From NCBI GenBank assembly GCA_903957365.1, contig CAJBPB010000286.1:8046-72045 (forward strand): DNA of 64,000 bases. The letters run 5' to 3'. This document shows positions 40,102-49,823 of the stretch, one piece after another. How positions within the stretch are numbered: position 1 is the stretch's first letter; the number at the start of each line of letters is the position of its first letter. The position numbers and the translations under genes were made by a program. The notes beneath the pieces were generated by a model. It was not told the DNA's origin. It made no database searches and was given only the letters and a program-made list of their open reading frames with translations. This stretch comes from an uncultured Bacteroidota bacterium (lineage in GTDB: Bacteria; Bacteroidota; Bacteroidia; Bacteroidales; F082).

Positions 40102-43100
40102 TTATCTCACCACAAACTTATTATAGGATTTCGTTCCATCAGCATTGGTAACCATCAAATACATTCCGGCAGGTAATTCGTTAAGTTCAATTTTTATAAT
40201 CTGGTCGGTTGATTTTGTTGTATAAACAATCGCACCTAGCGGACTAAATATTGAAATTTCATTCATTTTGGCCTGATTTCCTATATTGACAGTAAACTGA
40301 CCCTGATTAGGATTTGGATAGATTACCGGATCAGAAGATGATATATTTTCTCCAACACCAATTATAGTGGTAGTGGTCGGGAAAATAATCTCATCAACCC
40401 ATGCACAGTCGCTTCCGGCCGCTACACTATAATCTTTCATATATGACCAACGTATAATATGGTTTCCTTCAGCAACCGGATAAGAAACCTGCTCCCACGC
40501 TTTTTCACCACTCCATTCATCAATCATCACATCATCGATAAACAACCTTAAATAATCATACGAATCTTCAGAGGAGACTTTACGTTGAAAAGAAATCATA
40601 TCGTCACTGACCACAATCAGACTTACCCATAAATTACTTTCCTGACTATCTGATACAACTCCTGATTTTACACAATACGCCCCTTCAAATGGTAATTCTT
40701 CCGAGATTGTCCAGTTTGCTGAACCGGAATGATGCCATTCAAATGCACTGAAATCACCAGTTTCAAAATCCTCAATCATTAATCCTATGGTTGCAAATAA
40801 CACTTCTTCAGTAACACAATTCAGTCCGGCTAGTCGCATGACAAACTGAACAATCGTTCCAACAGGTGCATCTTCAGAGACTGTTACCTCATAACCGGCA
40901 TTTTTTGTTTCACCTGGATTAATTAGACCTAATTCAACCTCAATCTGACTTATACTGATATAAGGATTCTCTTCTGTAAGCCTTGCAGTGCAAGCATTGG
41001 CTGCACATGAACCGGCATTGGAACAAGGAACAGTAATAGTTGCTGTTTCACCCGGATCAAGCAACCCGTTTCCGTTACCACCATTCTGATCAGCAACAAC
41101 CATTTGATAAACAACAAGTTCTGGCGCATGGGCAGTAATTGTGAAATAACTGATCCATGAATCCGTTCCGTTGGTGCATGTCAGTGCAAACTGGATTTCA
41201 TGCATATCAGGAACATCAGCCGACAGTTCGAAGCGGAATGCTTCGACAAGTGTTTGGGTTTGTCCGGCCGGAATATCAGCTACTTCAGCAAAATTATCCG
41301 TGATGAATGCAAATTCATCCTCCGTTGAAAGTGTAGCTGTTACATTGAAACCGGTTTCTGAACCAACATTCTTCACATCAATCGTTAGCAGGACAGCCTC
41401 ACCATAATCGGCCTGACCATCACCATTACCTGCGGCATCATTGATTATGCTTGAATCGTAGATCACATAAGGCCCTGCATCCGGAATAAAAGAAATATCA
41501 TAATAAGCTGGCAGACTATTATAACCAACTACCTGCAATGAAGCGGTACATACATCCACAACGACAGGGTCGAACTCCAATGTTGCATTTCCTTCAGAAT
41601 CTGTAAAGCTACGTGCAATGATTTCACCATTAAGAAGTATGCTGCAATTGAAATTGACCAATGGCTCACCCTCACTGCTTATATGCACAATTGTTGATGT
41701 TGTGCCAATCGGAAGTTCACTTAAGTAACCAACTTCTACTGTTATTGGCTCATTTGTCCAGACACTTAATGCAGGATCGCCCAGTATGTTAAGATCATAA
41801 AAATTCCACCGTAAAGCACCTTCTTCCCATTGTCCGGCAGCTTCAACCCAGGGAGCTGTCTGTATTTTACTCTCGACCATTGCTTTTCCCAGAAAATTAA
41901 TTTTCTCGTGATACATCGCATCAACCATTTCACGATGCAGATGCGCTGCGGGGCCTTCAGATTGTCCTTCGTTGAACCAGCCATAACGGGAATTTCCTAT
42001 GACAGCTGCAGCGAAATTATCAATGGTCACCATTTTTTCAAGAATACAATCACCATAATCGAAAGCGCCACAATCACAACCATGTGTCTGCAAAAATGTA
42101 TAATTGTGATCAACTCCATTGGCACCTGAAAAATTACTGTTTGTGATATCACCGTTTGAAAGATATGCAACATAGGTTTGGTTTGCATGACCAACGTGGT
42201 GAACAAATTGTTTCCCCTCATTTATCGCATCAATCAGATCCTGACCTGACCATGAGGCTTCCTCTTCGTACATAGTCTGAATATTGTCAGACTCCGGAAT
42301 ACCAATGGTAGTATAACCATTATCGCTTCTTTCACCAACAAGCAACTCAAGGTAATCACTTCCCCATGTATCAGGACCTGAATAAAGGAATTCACCGGCA
42401 AGCAACGGGCTTGTTAACTCTCCCAAAACCGGTTGATTCTGATAAAAAACACTTTTATGAATCATACTGGCAAGCTCAGTTGCATTGCTGAATGGGAAAC
42501 GAGCTACTGCAAGCTCAGGCAATAAATCATCTTCATCAGCTTCTCCCCATTTGTTGTCATTGTCTGTATTCCAGTTGCCATCCAGTGCTGAATAATATAA
42601 ATCGGCCGGAATTCCATAATCTTCATAACCACTGCCTGACACAACATAATCATAGAAACCGCGATATGGAATCAGTTCGACATCGCCACCCAATAAAACA
42701 AACTCAATGCCATTGGCCTGATATTCTGCGATGATAAAATTTCTGATTTTTTCCTGTGCATCGGCACCAGTTCCTTCTGCAATGATGGTTTCTTTTGTGA
42801 CAATCTCTGTTTTCATTCCACGGTGCAAATAAAGATCAACCAGACCGGCGAAGCCGTCAACATACGATTCTGTAGTGATAATCAACAAATCATATTGGGT
42901 TGAGGTTCTGCCGGAATTGCTCTGATAGGCATCCATACCAGAAGGATTTTGTGCTAAATCGTTTACCTTCTGATTAATCCACGATGAGTGTCTGAGATTT
43001 TTTAAGGCTGTCTCAGCGACTACATCAGGAGTTGTGGTAATACGAATTGTAATTTTACTGTAATAACTGACTTTACCTTCAGCAGGAATATATTTTACAG

Positions 43101-43539
43101 GTGTAAAAGTGGTAAATGCAAATCCGAATCCATTCATAAATGAAGTGCTCAGATTTCCGTTTCTGCTTAACGGAAGTGCCTCTGTGGATTGGTAAACCGT
43201 CTCATTTTTTTTAAAAACAGCCTTGCTGTTATCTGACAATGGCCGGGAAGGCTGATAAGGATAAAGATTAAAATCACCATCCAAAAACTTTTCGTTTTCG
43301 CAGATGATTTCAACTGAACTTGCAATTTCACCTGGAGGAACCAAAAGGCTTACGGATTGATACGGAAATGAAGGCTGTCCAATTAATCCCGTATTCAACG
43401 TTGAATTGAATTGAATAAGTTGATGATCCCCTTTTTGAACAATCTGAGGAGATGAGAAATAATAGGTTTTTTCAACTTTTCCTGCAAAAGTGATCACCGC
43501 AAGAAACAATAAAACGCTTGTAAGTAATGTCTTTTTCAT
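40102..43539 (-). CDS. C25-family (gingipain-like) cysteine peptidase with T9SS C-terminal sorting domain
   Basis: Start at the ATG at 43539 (MKKTLLTSVLLFLAVITFAG). Propeptide-like N-terminus, YDLLIITTESYVDGF..., candidate catalytic His/Cys in HHVGHANQ and THGCDCGAFD. Ig-like repeats, then CTD IYPNPNQGQFTVNIG. Confidence 0.8.
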   Translation of the reverse strand: MKKTLLTSVLLFLAVITFAGKVEKTYYFSSPQIVQKGDHQLIQFNSTLNTGLIGQPSFPYQSVSLLVPPGEIASSVEIICENEKFLDGDFNLYPYQPSRPLSDNSKAVFKKNETVYQSTEALPLSRNGNLSTSFMNGFGFAFTTFTPVKYIPAEGKVSYYSKITIRITTTPDVVAETALKNLRHSSWINQKVNDLAQNPSGMDAYQSNSGRTSTQYDLLIITTESYVDGFAGLVDLYLHRGMKTEIVTKETIIAEGTGADAQEKIRNFIIAEYQANGIEFVLLGGDVELIPYRGFYDYVVSGSGYEDYGIPADLYYSALDGNWNTDNDNKWGEADEDDLLPELAVARFPFSNATELASMIHKSVFYQNQPVLGELTSPLLAGEFLYSGPDTWGSDYLELLVGERSDNGYTTIGIPESDNIQTMYEEEASWSGQDLIDAINEGKQFVHHVGHANQTYVAYLSNGDITNSNFSGANGVDHNYTFLQTHGCDCGAFDYGDCILEKMVTIDNFAAAVIGNSRYGWFNEGQSEGPAAHLHREMVDAMYHEKINFLGKAMVESKIQTAPWVEAAGQWEEGALRWNFYDLNILGDPALSVWTNEPITVEVGYLSELPIGTTSTIVHISSEGEPLVNFNCSILLNGEIIARSFTDSEGNATLEFDPVVVDVCTASLQVVGYNSLPAYYDISFIPDAGPYVIYDSSIINDAAGNGDGQADYGEAVLLTIDVKNVGSETGFNVTATLSTEDEFAFITDNFAEVADIPAGQTQTLVEAFRFELSADVPDMHEIQFALTCTNGTDSWISYFTITAHAPELVVYQMVVADQNGGNGNGLLDPGETATITVPCSNAGSCAANACTARLTEENPYISISQIEVELGLINPGETKNAGYEVTVSEDAPVGTIVQFVMRLAGLNCVTEEVLFATIGLMIEDFETGDFSAFEWHHSGSANWTISEELPFEGAYCVKSGVVSDSQESNLWVSLIVVSDDMISFQRKVSSEDSYDYLRLFIDDVMIDEWSGEKAWEQVSYPVAEGNHIIRWSYMKDYSVAAGSDCAWVDEIIFPTTTTIIGVGENISSSDPVIYPNPNQGQFTVNIGNQAKMNEISIFSPLGAIVYTTKSTDQIIKIELNELPAGMYLMVTNADGTKSYNKFVVR

Positions 43540-43667
43540 TGATTTAGAATTATACCCCAAAAGTATGAAAACCAAATCGTTTTAACGTAAAAAAACAAGG
43601 ATTTTTAGCTAAGAAATGTGCTTTTGGTCTGACTGACCGACCGTGTTTCAGAAGATTGAAAGAATAG

Positions 43668-44669
43668 TTATTCTACCATGATTTTTTTAAAACCTTCAGT
43701 GGCATAGGTTTCGAAACCACTGCTGTCGCTGGCAGAAATGAAGTAAGCTTCAATTTTCGGCAGTTTTTTAAGCAATTCGAGTGATTTATCAACGCCCATA
43801 GCAAGAAACGCGGTACAATAACCATCAGCGATAGACGCGCTTTCAGCAAGTACTGTCACACTTAACAAATTATGAGTCACCGGATAACCTGTTTTTACAT
43901 CAATTACATGCGAAAATCTTTTACCGTTCTCTTCATAAAAATTGCGGTAACTCCCCGACGTGGCGAGACCCATATTTGTCAGGCGGACAACCTGCTGAAT
44001 ACTCCTGCCATCATCCATTTCTCTGGAAGGTTGCTCTACACCTACCATCCAGGGTGTTCCACCGGGTTTGGTCCTGCTTGCATAAATTTCGCCCCCGACA
44101 TCAATAATAAACTGATCAATTCCTTTTGAAAGAAAAAACTGAGCCAGAAAATCAACTGAAAACCCTTGCGCAATTGCGTTAAAATCGAAAAGTATTTCCG
44201 GATTATCTTTGACAATCCGGCCATTTAGCAGATGAACTTTTCGATAATCAACCAGTTTTAACTTCTCCATGACCATTTCTGATGAAACATCACCTCGTTT
44301 TTCCAGGCCAAAGCCCCACAACTTGACCAATGGACCTATAGTGAAATCAAAATATCCATCAGTATTTTCCGAGATCTCGCGAGCCAGTTCAAAATTCTTA
44401 ATAAAGAATTCATCTGGTACAACGTTAGTATCGTTGTTATTTATCCGGGTGATCAATGAATTTTTATCCCATAATGAAGCCGAATGGTCAAACATCATAA
44501 ACAATGAATCTACTTCATGTTGGAAATCCCTGTCATGCACATCAAAAAAGGTAATGGCATAATAAGTCCCCTGTGCTTCGCCGGTAAGTTGTTTTTTTGA
44601 AATGGCTGTCTGGCTGTTACAGGAAGCAAGCAAACTGCACAAAACGAGGATTACCAATATTTTTTTCAT
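43668..44669 (-). CDS. apbE: FAD:protein FMN transferase lipoprotein
   Basis: Start at the ATG at 44669. Lipobox LLASC and ApbE-type motifs (GFDFNAIAQGFSVD, ATSGSYRNF, SHVIDVKTG). Confidence 0.88.
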   Translation of the reverse strand: MKKILVILVLCSLLASCNSQTAISKKQLTGEAQGTYYAITFFDVHDRDFQHEVDSLFMMFDHSASLWDKNSLITRINNNDTNVVPDEFFIKNFELAREISENTDGYFDFTIGPLVKLWGFGLEKRGDVSSEMVMEKLKLVDYRKVHLLNGRIVKDNPEILFDFNAIAQGFSVDFLAQFFLSKGIDQFIIDVGGEIYASRTKPGGTPWMVGVEQPSREMDDGRSIQQVVRLTNMGLATSGSYRNFYEENGKRFSHVIDVKTGYPVTHNLLSVTVLAESASIADGYCTAFLAMGVDKSLELLKKLPKIEAYFISASDSSGFETYATEGFKKIMVE

Positions 44670-44733
44670 GATCAAGATTCAAATAATTCAAACAAAAGTA
44701 AACCAACAATGCTTTAAGTGTCTGATTTCTGTT

Positions 44734-45975
44734 TTATGAACCGAAATCATCGAATGCGATCATTTCATCTTTAACCCCCAGACTGGCCAACATCTTCAGA
44801 ACCGCGGAATTCATCAAAGGCGGTCCACAAATATAGTATTCAATTAATTGAGGATCTTTGTGTTGATTCAGATAGTTTTCAAGAATCACCTGATGTATGA
44901 ACCCTTTATAGCCTTCCCAATTATCGCTTGCTTTTGGTTCAGACAAAGCGACATTAAAACTGAAATTCGAAAATGCAGATTGAATTTCCATAAATTCTTC
45001 CTGATAAAAAAGGTCATTTTTTGATCTTCCTCCATACCAGAACGATGTTTTTCTGTTGGTTTTTTCTGAATGAAATAAATGAAATAGATGTGATCGCATT
45101 GGAGCCATTCCGGCACCACCACCGATAAACATCATTTCGCGGTCGGTTTGTTTGATGTGAAAATCGCCATAAGGTCCTGATAATGTAACACTATCTCCGG
45201 GTTTCCGTGAGAAAAGATACGATGAACTTATACCAGGATTCACATTTGAAAATTTTTCCGTTTTAACATCAAAAGGCGGGAGAGAAATTCTGGCATTTAA
45301 TATGACAATATTGTCCTCTTCAGGAGGATTTGCCAACGAATAAGGTTTTATCAAAGCTTTGGAATTCTTCATCTTCAGACTCCACAAATTCAATTTGTCC
45401 CATTCAGACCTGAAGGAACCTTCTACTTCTATATCGCTGGCAAAATCGACCTCAATTTTTGGAGTATTTATCTGGATATAACTCCCGGATTTAAATTTAA
45501 TTGATTGACTATGTGGTAGTTTCAATACTATTTCTTTGATAAAAGTCGATACATTTCTGTTCGAAATAACAGTACAATTATACTCCCTGATACCAAATAT
45601 TTCATCAGGTAATTCAATTATGAGATTTTCATTCACTTTCACCTGACAACCCAACCGCCAGTTTTCAGCGAATTCGTCTTTTGTCAAAACATTGGATTCA
45701 GGCTGATGAACCTTACCCCCACCTTCTAATACTTTACATTGACACATGCCACAAATTCCATTTCCACCACATGATGATGGAAGAAAAATGTTCTTTTGAG
45801 CCAAAGTTTTCAGCAAGGTATTACCTGAGGCAACTTCAAACGCAACTGATTGGTTCACAATGATTTTTACTTTCCTGTGCCAATTCCATGGTTTTATTAT
45901 CATTAAAACCAGTAAGAGAATAATAAATAAACCAAAGACAATAAAAGCATCAATACCAAAACTAAGAAACATCAT
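44734..45975 (-). CDS. nqrF: NqrF-type oxidoreductase (Na+-NQR subunit F-like: TM + 2Fe-2S ferredoxin + FAD/NAD-binding domains)
   Basis: 413 aa. N-terminal TM, CGGNGICGMCQCKV...LGCQV cluster ligands, KPYSLANPPEE (RxYS FAD motif), FIGGGAGMAPMRSHLFHL (NAD site). Confidence 0.88.
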   Translation of the reverse strand: MMFLSFGIDAFIVFGLFIILLLVLMIIKPWNWHRKVKIIVNQSVAFEVASGNTLLKTLAQKNIFLPSSCGGNGICGMCQCKVLEGGGKVHQPESNVLTKDEFAENWRLGCQVKVNENLIIELPDEIFGIREYNCTVISNRNVSTFIKEIVLKLPHSQSIKFKSGSYIQINTPKIEVDFASDIEVEGSFRSEWDKLNLWSLKMKNSKALIKPYSLANPPEEDNIVILNARISLPPFDVKTEKFSNVNPGISSSYLFSRKPGDSVTLSGPYGDFHIKQTDREMMFIGGGAGMAPMRSHLFHLFHSEKTNRKTSFWYGGRSKNDLFYQEEFMEIQSAFSNFSFNVALSEPKASDNWEGYKGFIHQVILENYLNQHKDPQLIEYYICGPPLMNSAVLKMLASLGVKDEMIAFDDFGS

Positions 45976-46248
45976 GAATCAGACTGTTATTATAAGAAAT
46001 ATTCAGCGCTTTTTTCAAAAGCAAAACCTGCCATTATTGTCAAATCGCTGAAGATTTTCATTATTTATGATTTGTAAATTGTGCAAAAATACCTTTTGTT
46101 AACATATCATGTACTTTGTTATTCCATCAATTTAGAATCAAAAAAGCTGCAACAAGTCATATTTGCAAATCTCAAATCAAATCTCTTAACTTTTTTGATT
46201 CTTTTTCAATAAAAAGTTGATTAAATCTGATATTATGCAACAATTCCC

Positions 46249-46256
46249 TATTTTTG
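46249..46256 (+). promoter_or_regulatory. -7 promoter box TATTTTTG
   Basis: Exact TAnnTTTG match 37 nt upstream of the ATG at 46293. It overlaps the TTG that the ORF track used as a start, which argues for the downstream ATG. Confidence 0.35.
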
Positions 46257-46292
46257 TTTAATTCAACATTTTATGCAACATTCAAACAAAAA

Positions 46293-47582
46293 ATGAAGAT
46301 GAAAAACATCAGACTATCGCTCTTCCTATTTTTCAATATTGCTCTAATATCAGTGCAGGCAGATTCATTTTATGAGTTAAACAACAAAGTTTATCAGGAT
46401 TATGTACAAACGGTGATGCTTTATCCTGAAGACGAAGCGTTACGTGATCCAATTCTATATTTGCATGATCCTCGGTTACTTACACTTTCATTCGATATTC
46501 TTGGCGATGCGACATCGGTTTACAATTACACAATTGTTCATTGTACTTACGACTGGAAACCTTCTGATTTACAACCTATTGAATATATCAATGGGTATCA
46601 GGAAGATGAAATACGTGACTTTCGCTATTCACTAAACACACTGACACCATACGTACATTATACCTTTAAATTCCCTGGCGAGAATTTACGACCCAAATTA
46701 TCTGGAAACTATGTTATGATTGTGTATGATTCTCAATTAAACGCTGAAAACATACTCTTCACCAGACGATTTATGGTTGTTGATATAAAAGCTTCTATTG
46801 CAGCGTCTGTTCCCCAATATCCAAAAAAACCTGAATATATCAAAACAAAACATCAGGTGGATGTAACTGTAATCATTGATGATTCGTATCGGGTTAATCC
46901 AGAACAATCTCTGAATCTGACAATTAAACAAAACGGCCGTTGGGATAATGCGGTAGTTGGTTTAAAACCAAATTATATCTACAGCGACAAAATCACTTAT
47001 GAATATGAAGATGCCACCGTTTTTGATGCCGGAAATCAGTGTAGAAATTTTGACATGAAAAGCTTCAAATACCAATCGGAATTTATTAAGGAGATCCGGG
47101 AAGAAAAAGACTGCTATTCTATTGATCTATGGCCTTCCAAAAGAAGAAATACCTCAAATTACATATTTGAAAAAGATATCTTAGGCCGCAAACTTATCAA
47201 AGCGCGTGATGACCAGGATTCGGAAATTGAAGGTGATTATGCGTGGGTTAACTTTTTTCTTGATTACCCGGTTTCTTTAAACCATGAAGATATTTATCTG
47301 ATCGGAGCATTAAACGATTGGAATCTGGATGAAAACAGTCGTATGTAATACAATTACGAAAGAAAGGGTTATGAAGGAAAACTATTTTTAAAGCAAGGTT
47401 ATTACAATTACTTATATGGCATTGTTGAGAAAGAAAAAACCATTGCTGATGTCAGCCCTATCGAAGGAAATTTCTGGGATTCACAATGTGAATATTCTAT
47501 CATGCTTTATTTTCGAAAACCAGGCACTGTATATGATCAATTGGTCGGTTATATGGTAATTCCGTCCCATAATTACGAATAA
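46293..47582 (+). pseudogene. DUF5103-family (T9SS plug-like) gene interrupted by an in-frame TAA at 47346-47348
   Basis: Signal peptide (MKMKNIRLSLFLFFNIALISVQA). Family-like core VQTVMLYP...LTLSFDILG...YNYTIVHCTYDWKPSDL...SGNYVMIVYD. After the TAA the same frame stays open for 77 sense codons (YNYERKGYEGKLFLKQGYYNYLYGIV...) to the TAA at 47580-47582, completing a GALNDWN...KQGYYNY carbohydrate-binding-like domain. Confidence 0.75.
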
Positions 47583-47691
47583 TTCCAAAAATTGGAATTA
47601 TTGAAATTTTTATAATTCACAACATCATGTTTATCAATTACATAAAAATCAGGCATCATAATTGAACATTATTTGTATAAAAATAGTCGAA

Positions 47692-49707
47692 ATGAAAAAA
47701 TTCATTGTATTTCCAATTATCGTGATTCTCATTTTTTTTGCATTCTCATGCAATAAAGACACTAAACCAGATGAATCCACCTCAACAATGGAACAATTAA
47801 ATGTCCCGGCATCATTTAACTGGTCAACTAGCAAAACGGCAGTTTTTTCAATCACTGCACTTGATAATCAGGATAATCCATTGAAAAATGTCAAGTTTTC
47901 TATTTATACCTCAGATCCTTCCATGGACGGGAAACTCATTGTCAGTGGAGTTACCGATAATACAGGTAAATATATTGTGAACTATCAGGTTCCCACTTAT
48001 TACACCAAACTATTTGTTACAACTGACTATCTTGGATTACTCAATTCGATGGAAGTACCACTGGATGAGACAGGATTTGATGTGGTTTTTGGAGGTTCAC
48101 AGACTCCCACAAAAGATGTTGCGGTTTCAATGTTAAAGTCAAATACCACGTTCAAATATCTGGGAACATTCAATTCGGATGGGAAACCAAATTATCTTGA
48201 ACCTGTTAACGATCCCATAACTGAAGATTTTCTTGCTGATATCAATAATACTTTGCCTGAACGTGTTAAGCTTACTACTTCTCATCCAGAGTATTTCTTT
48301 GATGAATATAATCACAATCTTAACCTGATCGAAACATGTGATGTTTGGGTAACTTTTGTACATGAAGGTGCGGGTTACAGAAATATTCTTGGGTTTTATA
48401 ATTATACAACCGGTGATGCACCGGCAACCCCATCTGAAATTGATTCTGTAACGATCATTTTTCCCAACGCCTCTCTCGGAGGAAGCGGAGGTTCAATGCA
48501 GGCTGGTAACAAGGTCTATCTTGGAAGATTCAATGCAAACACAACAATTGGATGGGTCTTGATAGCTGATGGATGGAAAGGTGCAGTAACAACAGGCAAC
48601 TGGATGGTGTATTCTGATAAAAATCTGAACCCCGCCACAGAAGCCAATCTTAAACAACAAACCGTCTTTCTTTACGACCCGGGTCGCGAAAGGTTGTTAC
48701 TTGGCATAGAAGATATCCGACGTAATTCAACCAGTTGTGACCACGATTTTAATGATGCGATATTTTTTGTAACTGCAAACCCGATCCAGGCAGTTGATTT
48801 ATCCGATCTTCCAATCATCGATTATATTGGTGAAGACGACGACGATGATGGTGTGAACAACAATTTTGATGATTACCCGCTTGATCCTGAAAAAGCTTTC
48901 GACAACTGGTTTTTCAGCGAAGGCAATTTCGGATCACTGGCCTTTGAAGATCTATGGCCTTACCGAGGTGATTATGATTTCAATGATGCCGTAATCGATT
49001 ATAATTTCAACCAGATTACAAACGGCAGTAATCAGGTAGTGGAATTATACGCAACGTTTATATTACGAGCTCATGGCGCATATTACCACAATGGCTTTGG
49101 TATCGAATTACCAATATCACCTGAACTTATTCAAAATATTAGCGGAACAAATATTTCAGGCAATTCAATTCAATTGAACGCGAATAACACCGAGGCCGGT
49201 CAATCAAATGCGGTAATGATTGTCTGGGATGACTCATACGAAGTACTCCCGCCCGTTGGCAGCTCTATTGGCGCCAATACAACGCCGGATGTACCTTTTG
49301 TAATTCCTGACACGCTTGATGTCGTGATAACTTTCGCTGATCCTGTTCCACTGAATCAACTCGGCGTGCCACCTTATAATCCGTTTATTATCGTAAATCA
49401 GCAACGCGGTGTAGAGGTTCATCTTCCAGACAAAACACCTACTTCACTTGCCGACCAAAGTCTTTTAGGAACCGGTCACGACAACAGTATTCCATCAGAT
49501 GGACGATTTTATAAAACACTGAACAATCTTCCATGGGGCATCAATATCATCGAACGCTTTGATTATCCGAATGAGAAAACTGAAGTTACAGCAGCTCACC
49601 TGCATTTTGCCGCATGGGCCGAAAGTGGTGGAACACTATTCACCAACTGGTACCATGATGAAGCCGGTTATCGTGATGATGCAAATATTTACATCCCAAC
49701 TCCATGA
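47692..49707 (+). CDS. LruC-domain secreted lipoprotein (DUF4114-like + Asp-rich Ca-binding-like linker + LruC/DUF4842 domain)
   Basis: Start at the ATG at 47692 (MKKFIVFPIIVILIFFAFSC lipobox). CDHDFNDAIFFV (DUF4114-like), GEDDDDDGVNNNFDDYPLDP and AFEDLWPYRGDYDFNDAVIDYNF (LruC signature). Confidence 0.75.
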   Translation: MKKFIVFPIIVILIFFAFSCNKDTKPDESTSTMEQLNVPASFNWSTSKTAVFSITALDNQDNPLKNVKFSIYTSDPSMDGKLIVSGVTDNTGKYIVNYQVPTYYTKLFVTTDYLGLLNSMEVPLDETGFDVVFGGSQTPTKDVAVSMLKSNTTFKYLGTFNSDGKPNYLEPVNDPITEDFLADINNTLPERVKLTTSHPEYFFDEYNHNLNLIETCDVWVTFVHEGAGYRNILGFYNYTTGDAPATPSEIDSVTIIFPNASLGGSGGSMQAGNKVYLGRFNANTTIGWVLIADGWKGAVTTGNWMVYSDKNLNPATEANLKQQTVFLYDPGRERLLLGIEDIRRNSTSCDHDFNDAIFFVTANPIQAVDLSDLPIIDYIGEDDDDDGVNNNFDDYPLDPEKAFDNWFFSEGNFGSLAFEDLWPYRGDYDFNDAVIDYNFNQITNGSNQVVELYATFILRAHGAYYHNGFGIELPISPELIQNISGTNISGNSIQLNANNTEAGQSNAVMIVWDDSYEVLPPVGSSIGANTTPDVPFVIPDTLDVVITFADPVPLNQLGVPPYNPFIIVNQQRGVEVHLPDKTPTSLADQSLLGTGHDNSIPSDGRFYKTLNNLPWGINIIERFDYPNEKTEVTAAHLHFAAWAESGGTLFTNWYHDEAGYRDDANIYIPTP

Positions 49708-49726
49708 TTATAAGATAAATAGAATT

Positions 49727-49759
49727 AAAATGACGACTATTTGGTCGTCATTTTTTTTT
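49727..49759 (+). terminator. Rho-independent terminator
   Basis: AAAATGACGAC-TATTTG-GTCGTCATTTT with a 9-T run, 20 nt after the LruC gene stop. Confidence 0.8.
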
Positions 49760-49823
49760 AACATATCGTTAAGAACTTACCATGCTTCGATTCATTATAT
49801 TTGTCGATGTTTGAGAAATACTG

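Noticed and set aside
47346-47348. The stop codon in the DUF5103 gene as a programmed recoding site (selenocysteine or pyrrolysine) or evidence of a reassigned genetic code.
   Set aside because: The codon is TAA, whereas Sec uses TGA and Pyl uses TAG. Many other genes in the window terminate sensibly at TAA (for example thyA, folA, gcvT), so there is no genome-wide reassignment. A nonsense mutation or sequencing error is more likely.
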